Assembly: GCA_951406725.2 (NCBI GenBank)
Contig: CATOCA020000001.1
Location: 9,176,001-9,240,000, forward strand
Reading direction: 5' to 3'
Length of the DNA stretch: 64,000 bases
Origin: Octopus vulgaris
Taxonomy: Eukaryota
Part shown: positions 24,290 to 38,337 of the stretch, one piece after another
Position numbering within the stretch: position 1 is the stretch's first letter
How the letters are laid out: the number at the start of each line of letters is the position of its first letter
Notes under the pieces: model-generated
What the model saw: only the letters and a program-made list of their open reading frames with translations
Told to the model about the DNA's origin: nothing
The model's database searches: none
Translations under genes and position numbers: made by a program

Positions 24290-25312
24290 TTATCGGTCCA
24301 GCAACCTATTTGTTTGTACACTGACCACTGAAAATACTCAATAAAATTGATAATATTTCAGGCTTTGCTTGTTATTGACCATTCTGCACATAACAGTTCA
24401 CTTATTTTCTAAAAATGGATTGGTGAGAGTCAACTTGGTGGTGTATTGGCAATCCACGTATTATTTCACTGTGATGTCTACATGTCCTTATAAAAAGCAA
24501 AGTTTGTTTGTTTCTAGGTTGACCACTGAAAACACTAAATAAAATTGGCAACATTTTAGGATTTTTACATCATTTGAATTAATCTAACCATTCTGCAGAT
24601 AACTGTGCACTTATTTTCTGAAAACAGAATGAAAAGGGGGCAAGTAGGAGGTGTACTGGCTACTATTTCTAGCAATTCACATACAGTCTATTTCACTATT
24701 ATGACTGCTGAAAATACTAAATAAAATTGATAGTATTTCTGGTTTTGTGTATCAAAGTGGCTGAGTTCCTTTCAAGTGTTGGGCCTCACGGAGGCAATGA
24801 CCAAGACCTTTGGCATTATGTCGTGCTTGAGAAGAAGACCCATCAAGCCAAGCAAAATCACAGATGCAGCAGATACCAGTGTCACACTAATTGGCACCTG
24901 TGCCAGTGGCTCATAAACACACCTCAGTGTCATGCCAGTGGCATGTAAAAGCACCCATTACACACTCAGACTGGTTGGCGTTATGAAGGGCATCCAGCTG
25001 TAGAAAACGATGCCAAATCAGACTGGAGTCTGGTGCAGCCTTCCAGCATACCAGTCCAGTCAAACCATCCAACCCATGCCAGCACGGCCAATTAAATGAT
25101 GATGATGATTCCGCACATAACTGTACACATATTTTCTGAAAATAGATGGGGGTGACTTGGTGGTGTATTGGCTCCTATTTCAAGCAATCTACATACTATT
25201 TCACTGAAAAAAACCCAAAGTTTGTTTGTTTTTACACTGACCATTGTGAACAAAAATATAAAAAGCAAAGTTTGTTTGTTTATGTAGTGAAAAAATACAT
25301 TTGTTAATATAG
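24290..25312. repeat. Tandem ~200-bp repeat units (possible non-autonomous Helitron interior), interrupted by an RTE 3' end at 24755-25110
   Basis: TGAC(C/T)(A/G)CTGAAAA(T/C)ACT..ATAAAATTG recurs near 24320, 24520 and 24700. CTTATTTTCT..AAA..GGTGTA(T/C)TGGC recurs near 24400, 24610 and 25130. Confidence 0.7.
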
Positions 25313-26601
25313 ATATGTATATACATTAATACCTAATACATTATTCATCATTATCTCATTTGAATTTCGTTTTCATGTATTATCAGTTTTCATGTTACAT
25401 TTGATAACATCTATAAACAAGATTTTTGTCCTTGGTAGCAACTGTTATTTCCTATATATTTACCCCTAGAAAGTATAAAAAATGGCTTATATTCCTTTCA
25501 AACTTTGCTTTTGTTACATTTATTCAAACCCCAAAGATTCCTCTCAACACAGGGCTATAATGCTCCACCACTACTCCAGCTCACAATTAGAGATGCACAG
25601 ATTGTCAACCAATAACAGGCATGCTCAAGTGATAAAGATCAAGCAAACGACAAGCAAATATGTGGTATCAAGCAGATTATATGTTACAACAATATTTCTG
25701 CTTCAGCAGCTCAGCAGTGAATCAGTCTGAAGTATAATGGAAATGAGACAGTTTCAAAACATTGATGACTTGATCACAATAGCAAAGTTTGAAGGTGATG
25801 CTACTCATTCCCTTTGATTTATAGATAGAAGCAAATAAGAAATAACACTAACTGACCAAAGAAAAACAAAATTAATTAACATTTTGTTACAGTGTAATTT
25901 GGTCTCATTTTCATCCTATTATTATATTTAGTTTTTTTTTGCATCAATTATATGGTGTATATTCTTCAACCTGTAATTACAAACACAACCGTTTTCATTT
26001 TAATGATTTATTTAGATTTCAGTTTCATCTGAATTCATGGGCATGTCACATAGACATATGTCCATTATGGACAAATGTTTAATAGTTACCTATATCTATC
26101 CTTTTAAATATATTATTCTAAGAATTTTACAATATGGACTGATAAACTAACATGTTAAAAATATTTCTCATAATTCACATCATTTTCAGGCAACAATCAA
26201 CTCCAACTTACAATTTTCTATTAAAAATTTACACACAAACACATACATATGTATCTATATGTATCTATATACATACATGCATATAAATATGTATGTATAT
26301 GTAGCACTTGTCACTATGTCAAAATTATTCTATTGACCTGTGAACTGTTTTCACGAGTGCATAATATATGGATACACGTAATGCATATAAACATTGTGGA
26401 CCCACGAGCATGTCACTACTAGTAATGCATGCCTCATGTATGCACTTATGCATACAAGTGTATGTCTCTATATATATGTGTACAATGTGATGCTGGTTAT
26501 AATTTAGAAATGTATATTATCATGATGTGCACAGCTACTTCTCTATTGCCAAAGACTAATTGTTGCCTTAATAATAATAATGTCAAAGACTTCCAATTTA
26601 C

Positions 26602-26681
26602 CTGAAACCTCCACCATAGTTGCATATCCACAAAAGATAATCAGAACCGATGGAAATTTTAATTGTAATCTATGTTGCAAC
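26602..26681 (-). CDS. Possible signal-peptide exon of the Ig gene
   Basis: Reads (g)LQHRLQLKFPSVLIIFCGYATMVEVS-g|gtaaat with a phase-1 end compatible with exon 21176. Acceptor lacks a pyrimidine tract and abuts an RTE. Confidence 0.35.
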
Positions 26682-26699
26682 CTGTACCTGTACCTGCTA

Positions 26700-27575
26700 A
26701 CTCTAGGCTGCAGGACCCATTATATTCAAGCAAGCAAATGCTAAGATCCTGATTTTGCAAAGAAACAACTTCCCTCCCAGGCTTCCTAGATTCACAAGCT
26801 CAGAGCTGCCACAATCAATGTCAGAACAAGGAAAGGTACGTCTGGTGAGATTGTTGAAATGCTTGAGTGGAGGCATGTGGATGCAAGAGGTATGATGAAA
26901 GTGAGCCTCAACTAGACTGCTCACAAACCAAAATAGAAAAGGAGGTTATGGAAGCTCAAGTATCCTTCAAATGGGCAAAGACTTTAGAGATGTTCTTAAT
27001 GAAACCTTTTGTGAGTAGGTAGAGATGGAGTCATGCAACATCGAGGACAACTGGGATTTCTTATGGGACAATCAACAGAATGTGACAGATCAAACCTGTG
27101 ATTGGAGCAAGGCTTCTGTCAGACCAAGGTTGACAAAGTGGTGAAACAGTGAGATTGATGGAGTTATAAAAGAAAGGAGACAGGCTTGGAAATAATGGAA
27201 GAGTGTGGGTAGTAAAGAAACATATCAGATAGCTAAAAAAGAAGCAAGGCGTCAGGTATATTTGGCTTGGGCAGAAACAGAAAGGGAGAGTTTTGCCAAT
27301 GTTTTACAGTGTGAAGATCAGAGATTTGAGGTATTTCAGATTGCTAGACCGTGTGTTAGAGAGAAACAAGATGTTGTGGGGGAGAAGGATGTACCAACAG
27401 ATAATGGTATGCTTGCTCTTAGTGATCCTGAAAAGAAAGAGGCATAGAAAAGTTATTATGAAAGACTATTAAATGTGGAGAATGAATGGAAGAAAGAGAG
27501 TCTCCATCATGTGAACCCAACACAGGGACCATCTATCCTAGTTGACAGTAGCATGATACATAAGGCAATTAAAGA
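26700..27575 (+). mobile_element. Degenerate RTE LINE 5' part (APE start + linker)
   Basis: LRAATINVRTRKGTSGEIVEMLE..QEV (APE N-terminus). ORF 27205-27447 parallels 56074-56424. Confidence 0.8.
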
Positions 27576-27577
27576 TA

Positions 27578-28590
27578 CGAGGTAGTATCAAAAAGTTCCT
27601 GGACTAGCTATGTTTAATAAAAAGTGACTTATTTACTTACTAACTCTTAACATCATCTCCTTCGAAATAGTAACCTTGTGTGACAATACTCTGGTCCCAG
27701 CGCTCCTGCCTCTTTTGGAATCCAACCTGAAAGTTGTTTTCCATAAGTGAGTTGAAGACCTTCTGTGATTAAAAGTATTAGAACCGTGACCATTGAGCTG
27801 CATTTTCATCTTGGGAAATAGATGGAATTCTGCAGGCACTAAATTTGGCGAACATGGTGGGTGTGGAAGTCATACCATATTGTTTTGGGGGAGAAACTCA
27901 TGAGTGAGGGGAGCTTGGTAACAGGGTACACTGTTATGAAGAATCCAATTCTTCACACTCCATAAATCTGGTTGCTTTCACCAAATGTCCCTTCCTCAAA
28001 TGTTTCAAAATATCACAGAAGTTACAATTGACAGTCTGGCTCTGGAGGATGAACCCTCAATGCACAATATCACAGATGACGAAGAAAATGATGAGCATGT
28101 TGTTGATTGAGCTGTGACTCTGTCGTGCCTTCTTCAGTCATGGAGATGAAGGGCTCTTCCACTGTGATGACTGCTGCTTTGTCTCAGGGTCAAACCTGTA
28201 GGCTCAACTCTTGTAACTGGTGATGATCCTTGACATAAAAGATGAGTCATCAGTGGCATGCTGACGAAGATCTTGACAAACTTCAACATGATACTCTTTC
28301 TGCTCAGTAGGTGAGAGACAAACTTGGCAGAAACACACCACATGTTCAATTCAGGTATTAGAATTGCCTGCATGGACCCATACAACAGACCAACAACATC
28401 AGCAATGTCATTCATTCCTCCGACAGTCCTCATGCACAAGCTGATGAATTTTCTCCACTTTCCTGGGGGTGATGCTTGTTCCAGGTCTTCCAGATTGCTC
28501 AGTGTCTTTCAGGAATGTTCTTCCACTTTTGCAGCACCTGTACCACTCAAAATATTGTGTATGATCCATTGCTTTGATACAAGAAGCCTA
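27578..28590 (-). mobile_element. Tc1/mariner (mariner-type) transposon, degenerate
   Basis: TA|CGAGGTAGTATCAAAAAGTTCC terminus. Minus frames give VSAKFVSHLLS (WVP-like), IITSYKS (ITGDE-like) and PAEFHLFPKMK (SPDLAPxDF-like). Confidence 0.82.
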
Positions 28591-29499
28591 ATTGTCCATT
28601 TTTATTATTATTATTGTGTATATGTATGTGTGCTTTAATGTATCATCATCCTTTTAATAACAAATGTTCCATGCTCACATGCAACTGTGGACATGAAGTT
28701 TTTACATGGCACTGGCAGCAGTAACATCACTAAGTAAGTAACTTGCAAGGCAAGACTCCTCAACTGAGAGGAGGAAGAGTATCAAAAGAAGTGGCTTTGT
28801 GCTAAGTGATAAGAGGAATAGAGGGACAGAAATAACTGCTTTGCAGTAGAGGAGATGCATGGCTACCTCAGCTGGAAAAAGAAAGGGTGAGAGAGATGAT
28901 TATGTGATGGGGGGAGGAGTGCATTCAAGTTACAGGGAGGTGTAAATAAGTAATTGGATAGGGTGAGTGGATAGGTAAGTTTATGAGAATGCAAAAGAAG
29001 AGTGAAAGGTTGAGGGGAAGGGCTGTAGCAAGTGGACACAAGCAGACAGAGGAAGAGTGTGAGGAGGATATGTTGTTGGGAAGAGATTTGACGGGGACAC
29101 ATTTTGTGCAGGTAGGTTTACAAAGGTGCAAAGGGAGAGTGGGAGATAGAAGGGAGGGGAATACAGTGAGTGGTGAATATGGATGGAAGGAGGGGGAGGT
29201 GTTTGGATTGTGTGGGAGAAGTTTGCCCGGAACATAGACATAAATGACATGCCTTAATTGTCCTGATTTTACTTAGCTGGATGAATCTTCTCAAGCACAG
29301 CGAATCACCAACTGTTTCACAGGGGTTTTGTTGATTACAATGACTCCAGTACTTGACTGTACTTACTTTATCGACCCAAAATGATGAAAGGCAAAATCAC
29401 CTTCAGGTGGAATTTGAACTCAGGATGTAAAAACAAGAAATGCTGCTAAGCACTTTGCCCAGTGCAGTAATGATTGAGCCAGCTCACTGTCTTATATGG

Positions 29500-29860
29500 A
29501 AATAATAATAATAATAATCAAAAAAACAGTATGGTATTCAATGCTTTATAGGATATATAAGTATTTCAACAAAATTCTGAATTAACTATTTAACAGTTGT
29601 AGAAACATTATGCAACTTTACATTTGACCTCATTAGTATCTCTCAATAAATACAACAGATTTAAAGCTCCAAGTATATACACTTTTCCCAATAATAGTAA
29701 TAGTGTATAGGAGTTTTGACATCTGTGGCTGCATTATGTTTCTACAAATGTGATATAAATACTTTGGCATTTTTCGGAAACACATGCATGTCCAATAAAG
29801 TGATGGATACCATCCTGGTTTTTTGATTATTACTATTATCATTGTTGTTGTTGTTATTTG
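29500..29860. repeat. Diverged inverted repeat (~115-bp arms), MITE-like
   Basis: AATAATCAAAAAAACAGTATGGTAT..TTGTAGAAACATTATGCA (29510-29615) matches the reverse complement of 29728-29840. Confidence 0.7.
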
Positions 29861-30062
29861 GCTTGTATTCTGCACAGTAGCCTACCCCAAGTTTGATGCC
29901 CTGTATCATAATACATTGGATATTAGTGTGAAGTGTGAAACCCACAATTGAGCCTGATCTTTGGCGACATATCGTACTTTACAGCGTCTTTCTTTTAATA
30001 TATACTTGTGTGAACAAGCTATCTTCAAGATAGCAAGTCTTACATTGGTTTGATATCATTGT

Positions 30063-30106
<44 letters not shown>

Positions 30107-30138
30107 ATCAAAATATGCAACTAGAGGATCTAGAAGTA

Positions 30139-30226
30139 ATGCAGTACAATCATTTCACGCAATTCCATTTAATTGAACAATACAATTATTACATCAATTT
30201 AAATGCAGAGCAATCTTCAACTGCAT
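30139..30226 (-). ncRNA. Degenerate type I hammerhead ribozyme (Penelope-terminus-like)
   Basis: Minus strand: ATGCAG-TTGAAGA-[..CATTTAAATTGA..TCAATTAAATG..]-GAAA-TGATTG-TA-CTGCAT. Stems I and II pair; core C3 is changed to T. Confidence 0.55.
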
Positions 30227-31149
30227 AAAGACATAGAATTTAATTAAATTAAATCAGATGGACACATTAGTATAATTTTACATAAAATCTCCAAGAAGGT
30301 AAGGAGATTTACAGAGAACATGCTGTCTTCACTTCAGCTTAGAAGCTACTTAGGTATCAGGAAGAAAGACTTGTTACAGATTTTGCTTGTCACTGTTTTA
30401 TGGGGTCAGTTTTAATTTATAGACTAGTTTATCAAATCTTTGTATATCTAAGGCCAAAAGAGCAAGGAGTAATGCCTGTCAGGAAGTGGGCTGAGGGAAT
30501 CAACAGAAATCATAATGGGTATAGTCATAAAAAACTATCAAGATTTATTTTGAAGCAGTATCATGAGATTTGGTAAAGGAAAACTGAAATCAAGATTTTA
30601 GCTTCCATTTAAAGGGGCAGGCCACTATTAGACCATTTATAATGAAAAATGGGAAATCTTATGTGGTACTATAGTTAAAAATTTGAAACATTTTAAACAA
30701 TATTTCCATATTGTATAAAGTTAAAATTTAGGGTTATTCAGAAGAATATTAAAACAAAAGGATGAAAAGATTTTTTTGAATACTTTTGAGTATATACCAA
30801 ACTTTTACCACATTAGAGGGAGGAAAAGAAGTTATCTCATAATAGCTTAATATTTATACTTATTATATACTTAAATACGAACTTATCAGATTGTATCTAT
30901 GAAGATTGATCAATTAGTATATACTGGTATTTAATAAAGGTGTACTGAGGTAAGAGAGCATGCTAACTATATATTAATTAAATTATAATCTAAGCAGTTT
31001 ATTTTAAGGAGTGAATATACCAGTATTGTTTTATATAAACCAAGTATGAATTTATAGAGGTACAAAATTAGATTCATTTTATAAATAAATAAAGGCTATT
31101 TTAAAATAATAGATAATAAAATAATCAGGTAGGGCAGAACACCATTTTC

Positions 31150-32055
31150 TTCTAACCACTCAGTTGAAGTCGACTCTCGGTCACTCGTTGGATCAGTGTC
31201 CTCCAGTCAGTTCTATCCTGGGCCGCTTCTTTCAGACTGGCTATGTCCATTCCGGTATCACTCTTGATGGTGTCAAGCAAGCAGGTTCTCGGTTGGATTC
31301 TTCCTCTCTTGCCACTGACCATTCCGAGCATGATGTCCTTCTCCAGGGATTTTCTCCGCATAATATGACCGAAATATGCCAATCTATGCTTGGTGATCCT
31401 AGCTTCTAGCAACATTTCCGACCTTATCTGCTTAAGAACTTCTCCATTGGTGAGCCTCGCTGTCAATGGAATCCGTAAAAGTCTTCTCCAACACCAAAGC
31501 TTAAATGCATTAATTCTCTTCTGGTCAGCTTTCTTTAGTGTCCATGTCTCGCATCCATATGTTGCTATTGGGAAGACAATTGCATTCACCAATCTGCATT
31601 TGGTAGCGAGTCTGATGTCTCTACTCTTCCAGACCCTGCTCATGCTGACCATTGCCTCTCTGCCTAGTACTATCCTAGTACTATCTTATTTCTGGAGTGC
31701 AGTTACCATCTTGATTTATTTTGGAGCCAAGGAAGATGGAATCATCAACCACTTCAATCTCTTCATTATCGATCTTGATGCTGATGTTTGTCATGGCTGA
31801 TGTTGACATGATCTTTGTTTTCTTAACATTGAGGTACAGCCTAAATTTCTCACTCTCTTTCTTGACCAGCAGGACAAGATCCTCCAGATCCTTACCACTC
31901 TCCGCCAGCAGGGTTATATCATCTGCATAGCGAAGGTTATTAATATTTCTTCCTCCAATCCTAACTCCAATGCTGCTATCCTCCAGGCCTGCATTCCTCA
32001 TGACCTTTTCAGCGTACATGTTGAAGGCTGCTGGTGACAGGATGCAACCTTGCCG
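31150..32055 (-). mobile_element. RTE (BovB-like) LINE, 5'-truncated
   Basis: GCILSP, NINNLRYADD, YGCETW, YFGHIMR and GKRGR in ORFs 31681-32019 and 31152-31652. No PHD insert. Confidence 0.92.
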
Positions 32056-32989
32056 ATATCTTAATCACTAACAACATGACAAAGTAAATATACCTTATTG
32101 ACATCAATAGAGAAGGTTTAAAGAAAATGTATAATAATTTAAGTATACTAAACTAAAATTAAATCTTTATTTATTAAGCTAGTATCAATAAAGACTGATA
32201 CCTGGTATTATCTAAAGGAATATTGATGTTTTAGGGCATACTAATTCCATACTAAATTTTAAAACTAAGAAGTATATTATAAGCTTTAGAAGATATTATT
32301 CTTACTCCATACATAATATTTATAGTTTCTTAGGGGTACTTAATTTGAAGGGCTACTCATATAAAGGCATATATAAATACTAAGATCAGGAGGGTAGAGC
32401 ACTTTAAAATAATTAGGTAGGGTAGAACACCATAGAAAAGTATATAAAATAGCTTAATCACTAAAAACCATGATGAAGTATATACACAACTTAGTAACAT
32501 CAATAGAGAAGATTTATAGAAAATGTATACAATTCAAGTATTTAAAACTAAAAATAGTTTATTTACTTATTTAGCTTTTATCTCTAAAGACTGTTACCCT
32601 GTATTAGCTAAAGTAATAATGTTGTAGGACATGCTCACTATATACTAATTTGAGCAAAGAAGTTTCTAATAGGTTTTAAATTTCAAGATCAATAAAGTGC
32701 TACTTTCTAAAATATTTAAAGGTACAGGTGACACTATGTACAATTATTAATCAGGTTGCCCTTATCTTTTTGCTTAAAAATTTCATGTTTCCATAGAGCA
32801 CAGCTCACACCCATATCTGCTATTTCCTTCAATTTCCAAATTTTACTGGATAATAACGTACAAATTGCTTTATGCTTAAGTTTAAAGGATGACAGGTAGT
32901 TGTATAGATGCCATTTCATATTAATCAAACAACTGATATATATAAAATCATTAGTTGTAGCTTTTATATCACGTTCTGGGTAAGATGTA

Positions 32990-34390
32990 AGCAGAAAGCG
33001 AATTGTACTTTAACATCCTCTCCAATCACCACAAATCCAGTTTTGATAACTTAATCAAGGGCATCTCAACCTGCATATCTAACCTCTCTTCCACTGAGGA
33101 AATTTTCAATAATCACGCACCATATTACACTCAAGCACTTGCTGCTAGTGGCATTTTCCAACAAATAGAATAACACCAGGCTCAAACAATATATATCTCA
33201 AATTACATCTCAAACACCCACCAACAATCATAATCACAACCAACCACACACACACTCATTGATGGAACCCTTGAAGGTCTTACACCTAGGCAACCTAGAC
33301 CCCACACATACATTTAACACTAGGTCAAAAACTAAAACAGCTAACAACAAAAGGATTCACCGCCTACATACATTATCCAAAAGTATAGATAGCACTTCTA
33401 TATCTAAAAACTTAGATAGCACTACTCCCAGACACCCTAAAATAAGTGGCAGACGCTCCATTCTGTGGTACACACCCCCATTCTCACTTAACGGTAAGAA
33501 CTTAGCTAAATCCTTCTTTAAAATACTAGACTCTAACTTCCCTCGGCAACATAAATATTATTCTATCTTTAATAGATCCACTCTGAAACTATCTTATTCT
33601 GCCCCACCCAACTTCGAATCTATTGTAGCTTTCTCTTCACTATCAAAGCTCACATAATTACAACTCTAATCATAAGAACACTCAACATACACACAGCTCC
33701 AGCACAGATACCCTTACATTAGACCACAACGACAACCCAACCCATCCTACTGATACTGCCCAGAACACCACCACAATTTCTACCACTCTTACAAATAGTA
33801 CAATTAATAACAACAATAGTAATAATAACAATAACATTAATGATAATGTTAATAATACTAATAATCTAGAATCTTCGACCCCCTTCTCTAACCTCTCCTC
33901 TGATAATATTACCTCCTCCATTCCTGAACACATTCCCCAAAATTCACTTAATTGTAACTGCCATCCTGGAATCATTTGCCTGTTACAAACCCGTTGCAGA
34001 AGATATAATGTAATTTATAAATGCACTGTCCTTAATATATTACACAACTCTACAGCCATATACATAGGATCAACCCAAAATTTTAAGCAGCGATATGCCG
34101 CTCACCTCCATTCTTTTAGATATGATAAACATAGTAAATCTACAGCACTCGCCAACCATATACATCATCTCAAAAATACAAATATACCCTACTGGATTTA
34201 GGGCATCCCTACAGAGGTCAACGCTCAACCAGCTAGCTTTGCCTGAAGGAGGCACTTCACATATTAAAGCACAACTATCCAACACTGCTAAATAAACATA
34301 ATGAGGCACTAAGCACATGCAACCACCACTTTTTTCACACATTCAAATTCTTCCACAAATCCAAATGCCTAAATGACCATACAGCATATT
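32990..34390 (+). mobile_element. Penelope-like element: thumb, linker and GIY-YIG endonuclease (degenerate)
   Basis: ISNLSSTEEIFNNHAPYYTQALAASG, ILWYTPPFS..IFNRSTLKLSYS, CNC..C..C..NVIYKCTV..YIGST..FKQRY..H..SF..STALANHI. Confidence 0.85.
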
Positions 34391-35294
34391 TCCACAGTAC
34401 CCCTTAGGTAATCCCAATAACCTTATAAATGTGTGTATGTGTGTGTGTATGTATATATGTATGCAAGGTATATATACCTGCGTGTATAGGGGCGATAATA
34501 CTTACAATTACATGTATGTATGGGTCTACATATACATATGAGTACGTGTTGTATGTGTAGGTGTTGATATGTATAAATATCTATATTAATATATGCATGT
34601 GTATACCTGTTTATATATATATATTCTTCTACTACTAAGCATAGACCAGTCCTCTAACCAACCTAACCTATATTCTCAAATTCTTCATTCCACCAATTTA
34701 CTACTCTTACCCCCTCTCTCAGCCCCTCACTTAGGCTCTATCACTACCTTCCTGACAATCCTTTACTCTTTACACTCCCATACCTATCTCTCTCTATCAC
34801 CAATCAACCCCCTTTCCTTCTATCTGACACTCTTTACTCTTTACCCTATCATCTTTTTACACTCTCATATCTTTCTCTCTCTATCACCCCACCTCCCTAT
34901 TCCTACTATCAATTTATCTTAACTGACCACTAACCAGTACATTTTCCCCTCTTCATCTCTTTATTACCTCTCTCCCCACTTTACATTTTTTCTTTTTTCT
35001 TTTCTTTGTTCCTATCCTCCTGGTTTTGATTTGATGTTACAAATACATTACCAACTTTTAAGTCACTTTAAATAAAACCCTCAATTTAATAACAATGTGT
35101 ACAAACTCTATACTTGGAGTGACCAACTTTAAATATTATTGGAACTTACTCACAAGGTACTGGACTCTTATATGTATACCATTCTGCCCAAATAATGGAT
35201 CTACAGATGCAACATCCCTACATATCTCATGTCTATTTTCATTCCTCCATTCTTTGTTTCATATCTATTGCTTAACCATTTTCTTACACTGTCT

Positions 35295-36855
35295 TGCAGT
35301 GTTTCTACAGCTGGATGCCCTTCCTTATGCCAACAAGTCAGAGCATAGTGGGTGCTTTTTATGTACCACTGGCACAGGAGCCAGAGGAGCTGGCATTGAT
35401 CACAATCGGATGATGCTTTTTACATGCCACCAGTACAGAATTCAGTCAAAGCGGCACTGGCATTGGCCACGTCCGGATGGTGCTTTTTACATGCTACCAG
35501 CAAGGGGTTCACAACTACAATTTCCATTTGATTTAATTTTGATATTGCTGTTGATGTTGATGTACTTGACTCAATAGATCTCCTCAAGCACAGCATGTCA
35601 CCCTACGATCCAAGGTACTTTTGAGTGGGCTGGTTATGCGACACTGGTGTAGGTTACAGCTGTGGACTCATTTTATTTGCTGGGTCTTCTCAGTCACAGG
35701 ATACACCCAGAGGTCTCGGTCTTTTGTCATTGCCTCTGTGAAGCCCAACGTTCAAACGTCATACTTCGCCACCTCAACCCATATCTTCCTGGGTCTACCT
35801 CTACCCCGGATTCCTTCCACTGTTTGGGAGTGGCACTTCTTCACGCAGCTCTCCTTGTCCATCCATAGTACATGACCATACCAATGCAAACGTCTCTCTT
35901 GCACGCCATATCCAATACTTCTTATGTCTAACATATCTCTCAGGGAGCTTACACACTGTTATGTGTTAACACTGGCATTACACATCCAGTGGATCATGGT
36001 AGCTTCATTTCTTTCAAGCCTACACATGTCTTCAGCAGCCATGAAGTATGGCTGTTCGCACACATGCATCATACAATCTACCTTTCACTCTGAGTGAGAG
36101 ACCCTTTGTCACCAGTAGGGGTAGAAGCTTTCTGAACTTTGCCCAGGCTATTCTTATTCTAGCGGTAACACTCTCTGAGCATCCACTCCCCACTACAGAC
36201 TTGGTCACCTAGGTAGCGGAAGCTATCAACTACTTCTAGTTTCTCTCCCTGGCATGTGATGGAATCTGTTTTCTGAGCATCTGTGGTGTTGATTGCCCCT
36301 GTCCATCTGCTGCATGTGAGAGCTATCTTCCTGGTTAATCTCCCTTTGATATTACTGCATCTCTTACGTGTCCATAGCTTAAACTGGGTACATCTTATGG
36401 AGTTTCTACCCAGACCTTTTCTATAGGTCGAACAAGGCCACCTACCTGAAGGGGTGTGTGATGTGGTCGCCTTCCTACTTACTAGAACTTTGGTCTTTAC
36501 AACGTTGACTCTAAGGCCCATCGATTCTAAACCTGGCTTCCACACTTGATGTTTCTTCTCTAGTTCTGGTAGTGATTCTGCTATGAGGACCAGGTCATCA
36601 GCATAGAGCAGTTGCCAGGAGCAACCTGTCTTGAATTCCTCTGTTATTACCTGGAGGACTATGATGAATAAGAGGGGGCTGAGGGCTGATCCTTGGTGGA
36701 CCCCTACTTCTACCCGGAATTCTTCACTATACTCATTTCCAATACTAACCCTACTCTGTATAGGGCCTGTATACCCCTTATTAACCATTTGTCAATCCCC
36801 AGTTTCCCCTTTGCCCACCAGATAAGGGATTGGGGGATCCTGTCAAAGACTTTCT
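35295..36855 (-). mobile_element. RTE LINE (PHD family), truncated
   Basis: ORF 36159-36788 has HQGSALSP, LYADD, a decayed PHD and FRYLG. 3' UTR hairpin units at about 35350-35500. Confidence 0.92.
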
Positions 36856-37049
36856 CTGTCTGTCCTTGTTTGTCCCCTCTGTGTTTAGCTCTTTGTGGGT
36901 AGTAAAGAAATAGGTATTTCGTCTGCCGTTACGTTCTGGGTTCAAATTCCGCAGACGTCGACTTTGCCTTTCATCCTTTCGGATGTTATAATATAACACA
37001 CTCACCGGTAAAATTCCCACTTTTTTTCTAATTTTTATTGCACTTGCAA

Positions 37050-37528
<479 letters not shown>

Positions 37529-37529
37529 A

Positions 37530-38275
37530 TGTTCATCCTTCGGGTTCGAAGATGACCACTTACATCATCTGGTGGAACTGCCGCTATGAGACCGGAGGTG
37601 GCTGGTGAGGCCAATCCGGGCAAGGAAGCCCCCTCCCACAGGTGGGGCAGAAGTGGGTAGGGGCCGTGCTACTGGTGCAGGCGGCTCTGGCTTTCCGCAT
37701 CTGGCGTTTCTGCTCTGCTGACTGAATCCGTCTCTCCTCGGCTGTCTTTGCTCCTGTGGTGATTGCGCTGCGCCAGGATGAGCGGTCGGCAGCAAGTGTC
37801 TCCCAAGTCTCTGTGCCGATGGAGAAGTCTTTGAGAGAGACCTTGAGACTATCCTTGAAGCGCTTCTTCTGCCCTCCGACTTTGCGTTTGCCCTGGCTGA
37901 GTTCACCGTAGAAGAGCTGTTTTGGGATGCGAGTGTTGGACATGCGGGAGACGTGGCCCGCCCATCTCAGCTGGGCCTTGCGCATGACCGTGATGGTGCT
38001 AGGGAGATCTGCCTGCTTCAGAACTTCCGTGTCTGGGACTTTGTCCTGCCAGCGGATGTGAAGGAGGTTCCGAAGACACCTGAGGTGGAAGTAGTTTATC
38101 TGGCGCTCGTGACTTCGGTAAGCAGTCCACGTCTCGCAACCGTATAGTAGGGTGGTAAGCACGACTGCCCGGTAGACTTTCAGCTTGGTGTTGAGGCTGA
38201 TTCCTCTCCGCTCCCAGACTTTCTTTCGCAGTCTCCCAAACGCGCTGCTTGCCTTGGAGATTCTGTTGATGATGA
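37530..38275 (-). mobile_element. Young RTE-clade LINE 3' fragment with C-terminal C2H2 finger, inserted in (TA)n
   Basis: [50 protein letters not shown] (frameshift in a G run). 3' hairpin CTTCG-AACC-CGAAG. Confidence 0.92.
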
Positions 38276-38280
38276 TATAT

Positions 38281-38337
<57 letters not shown>

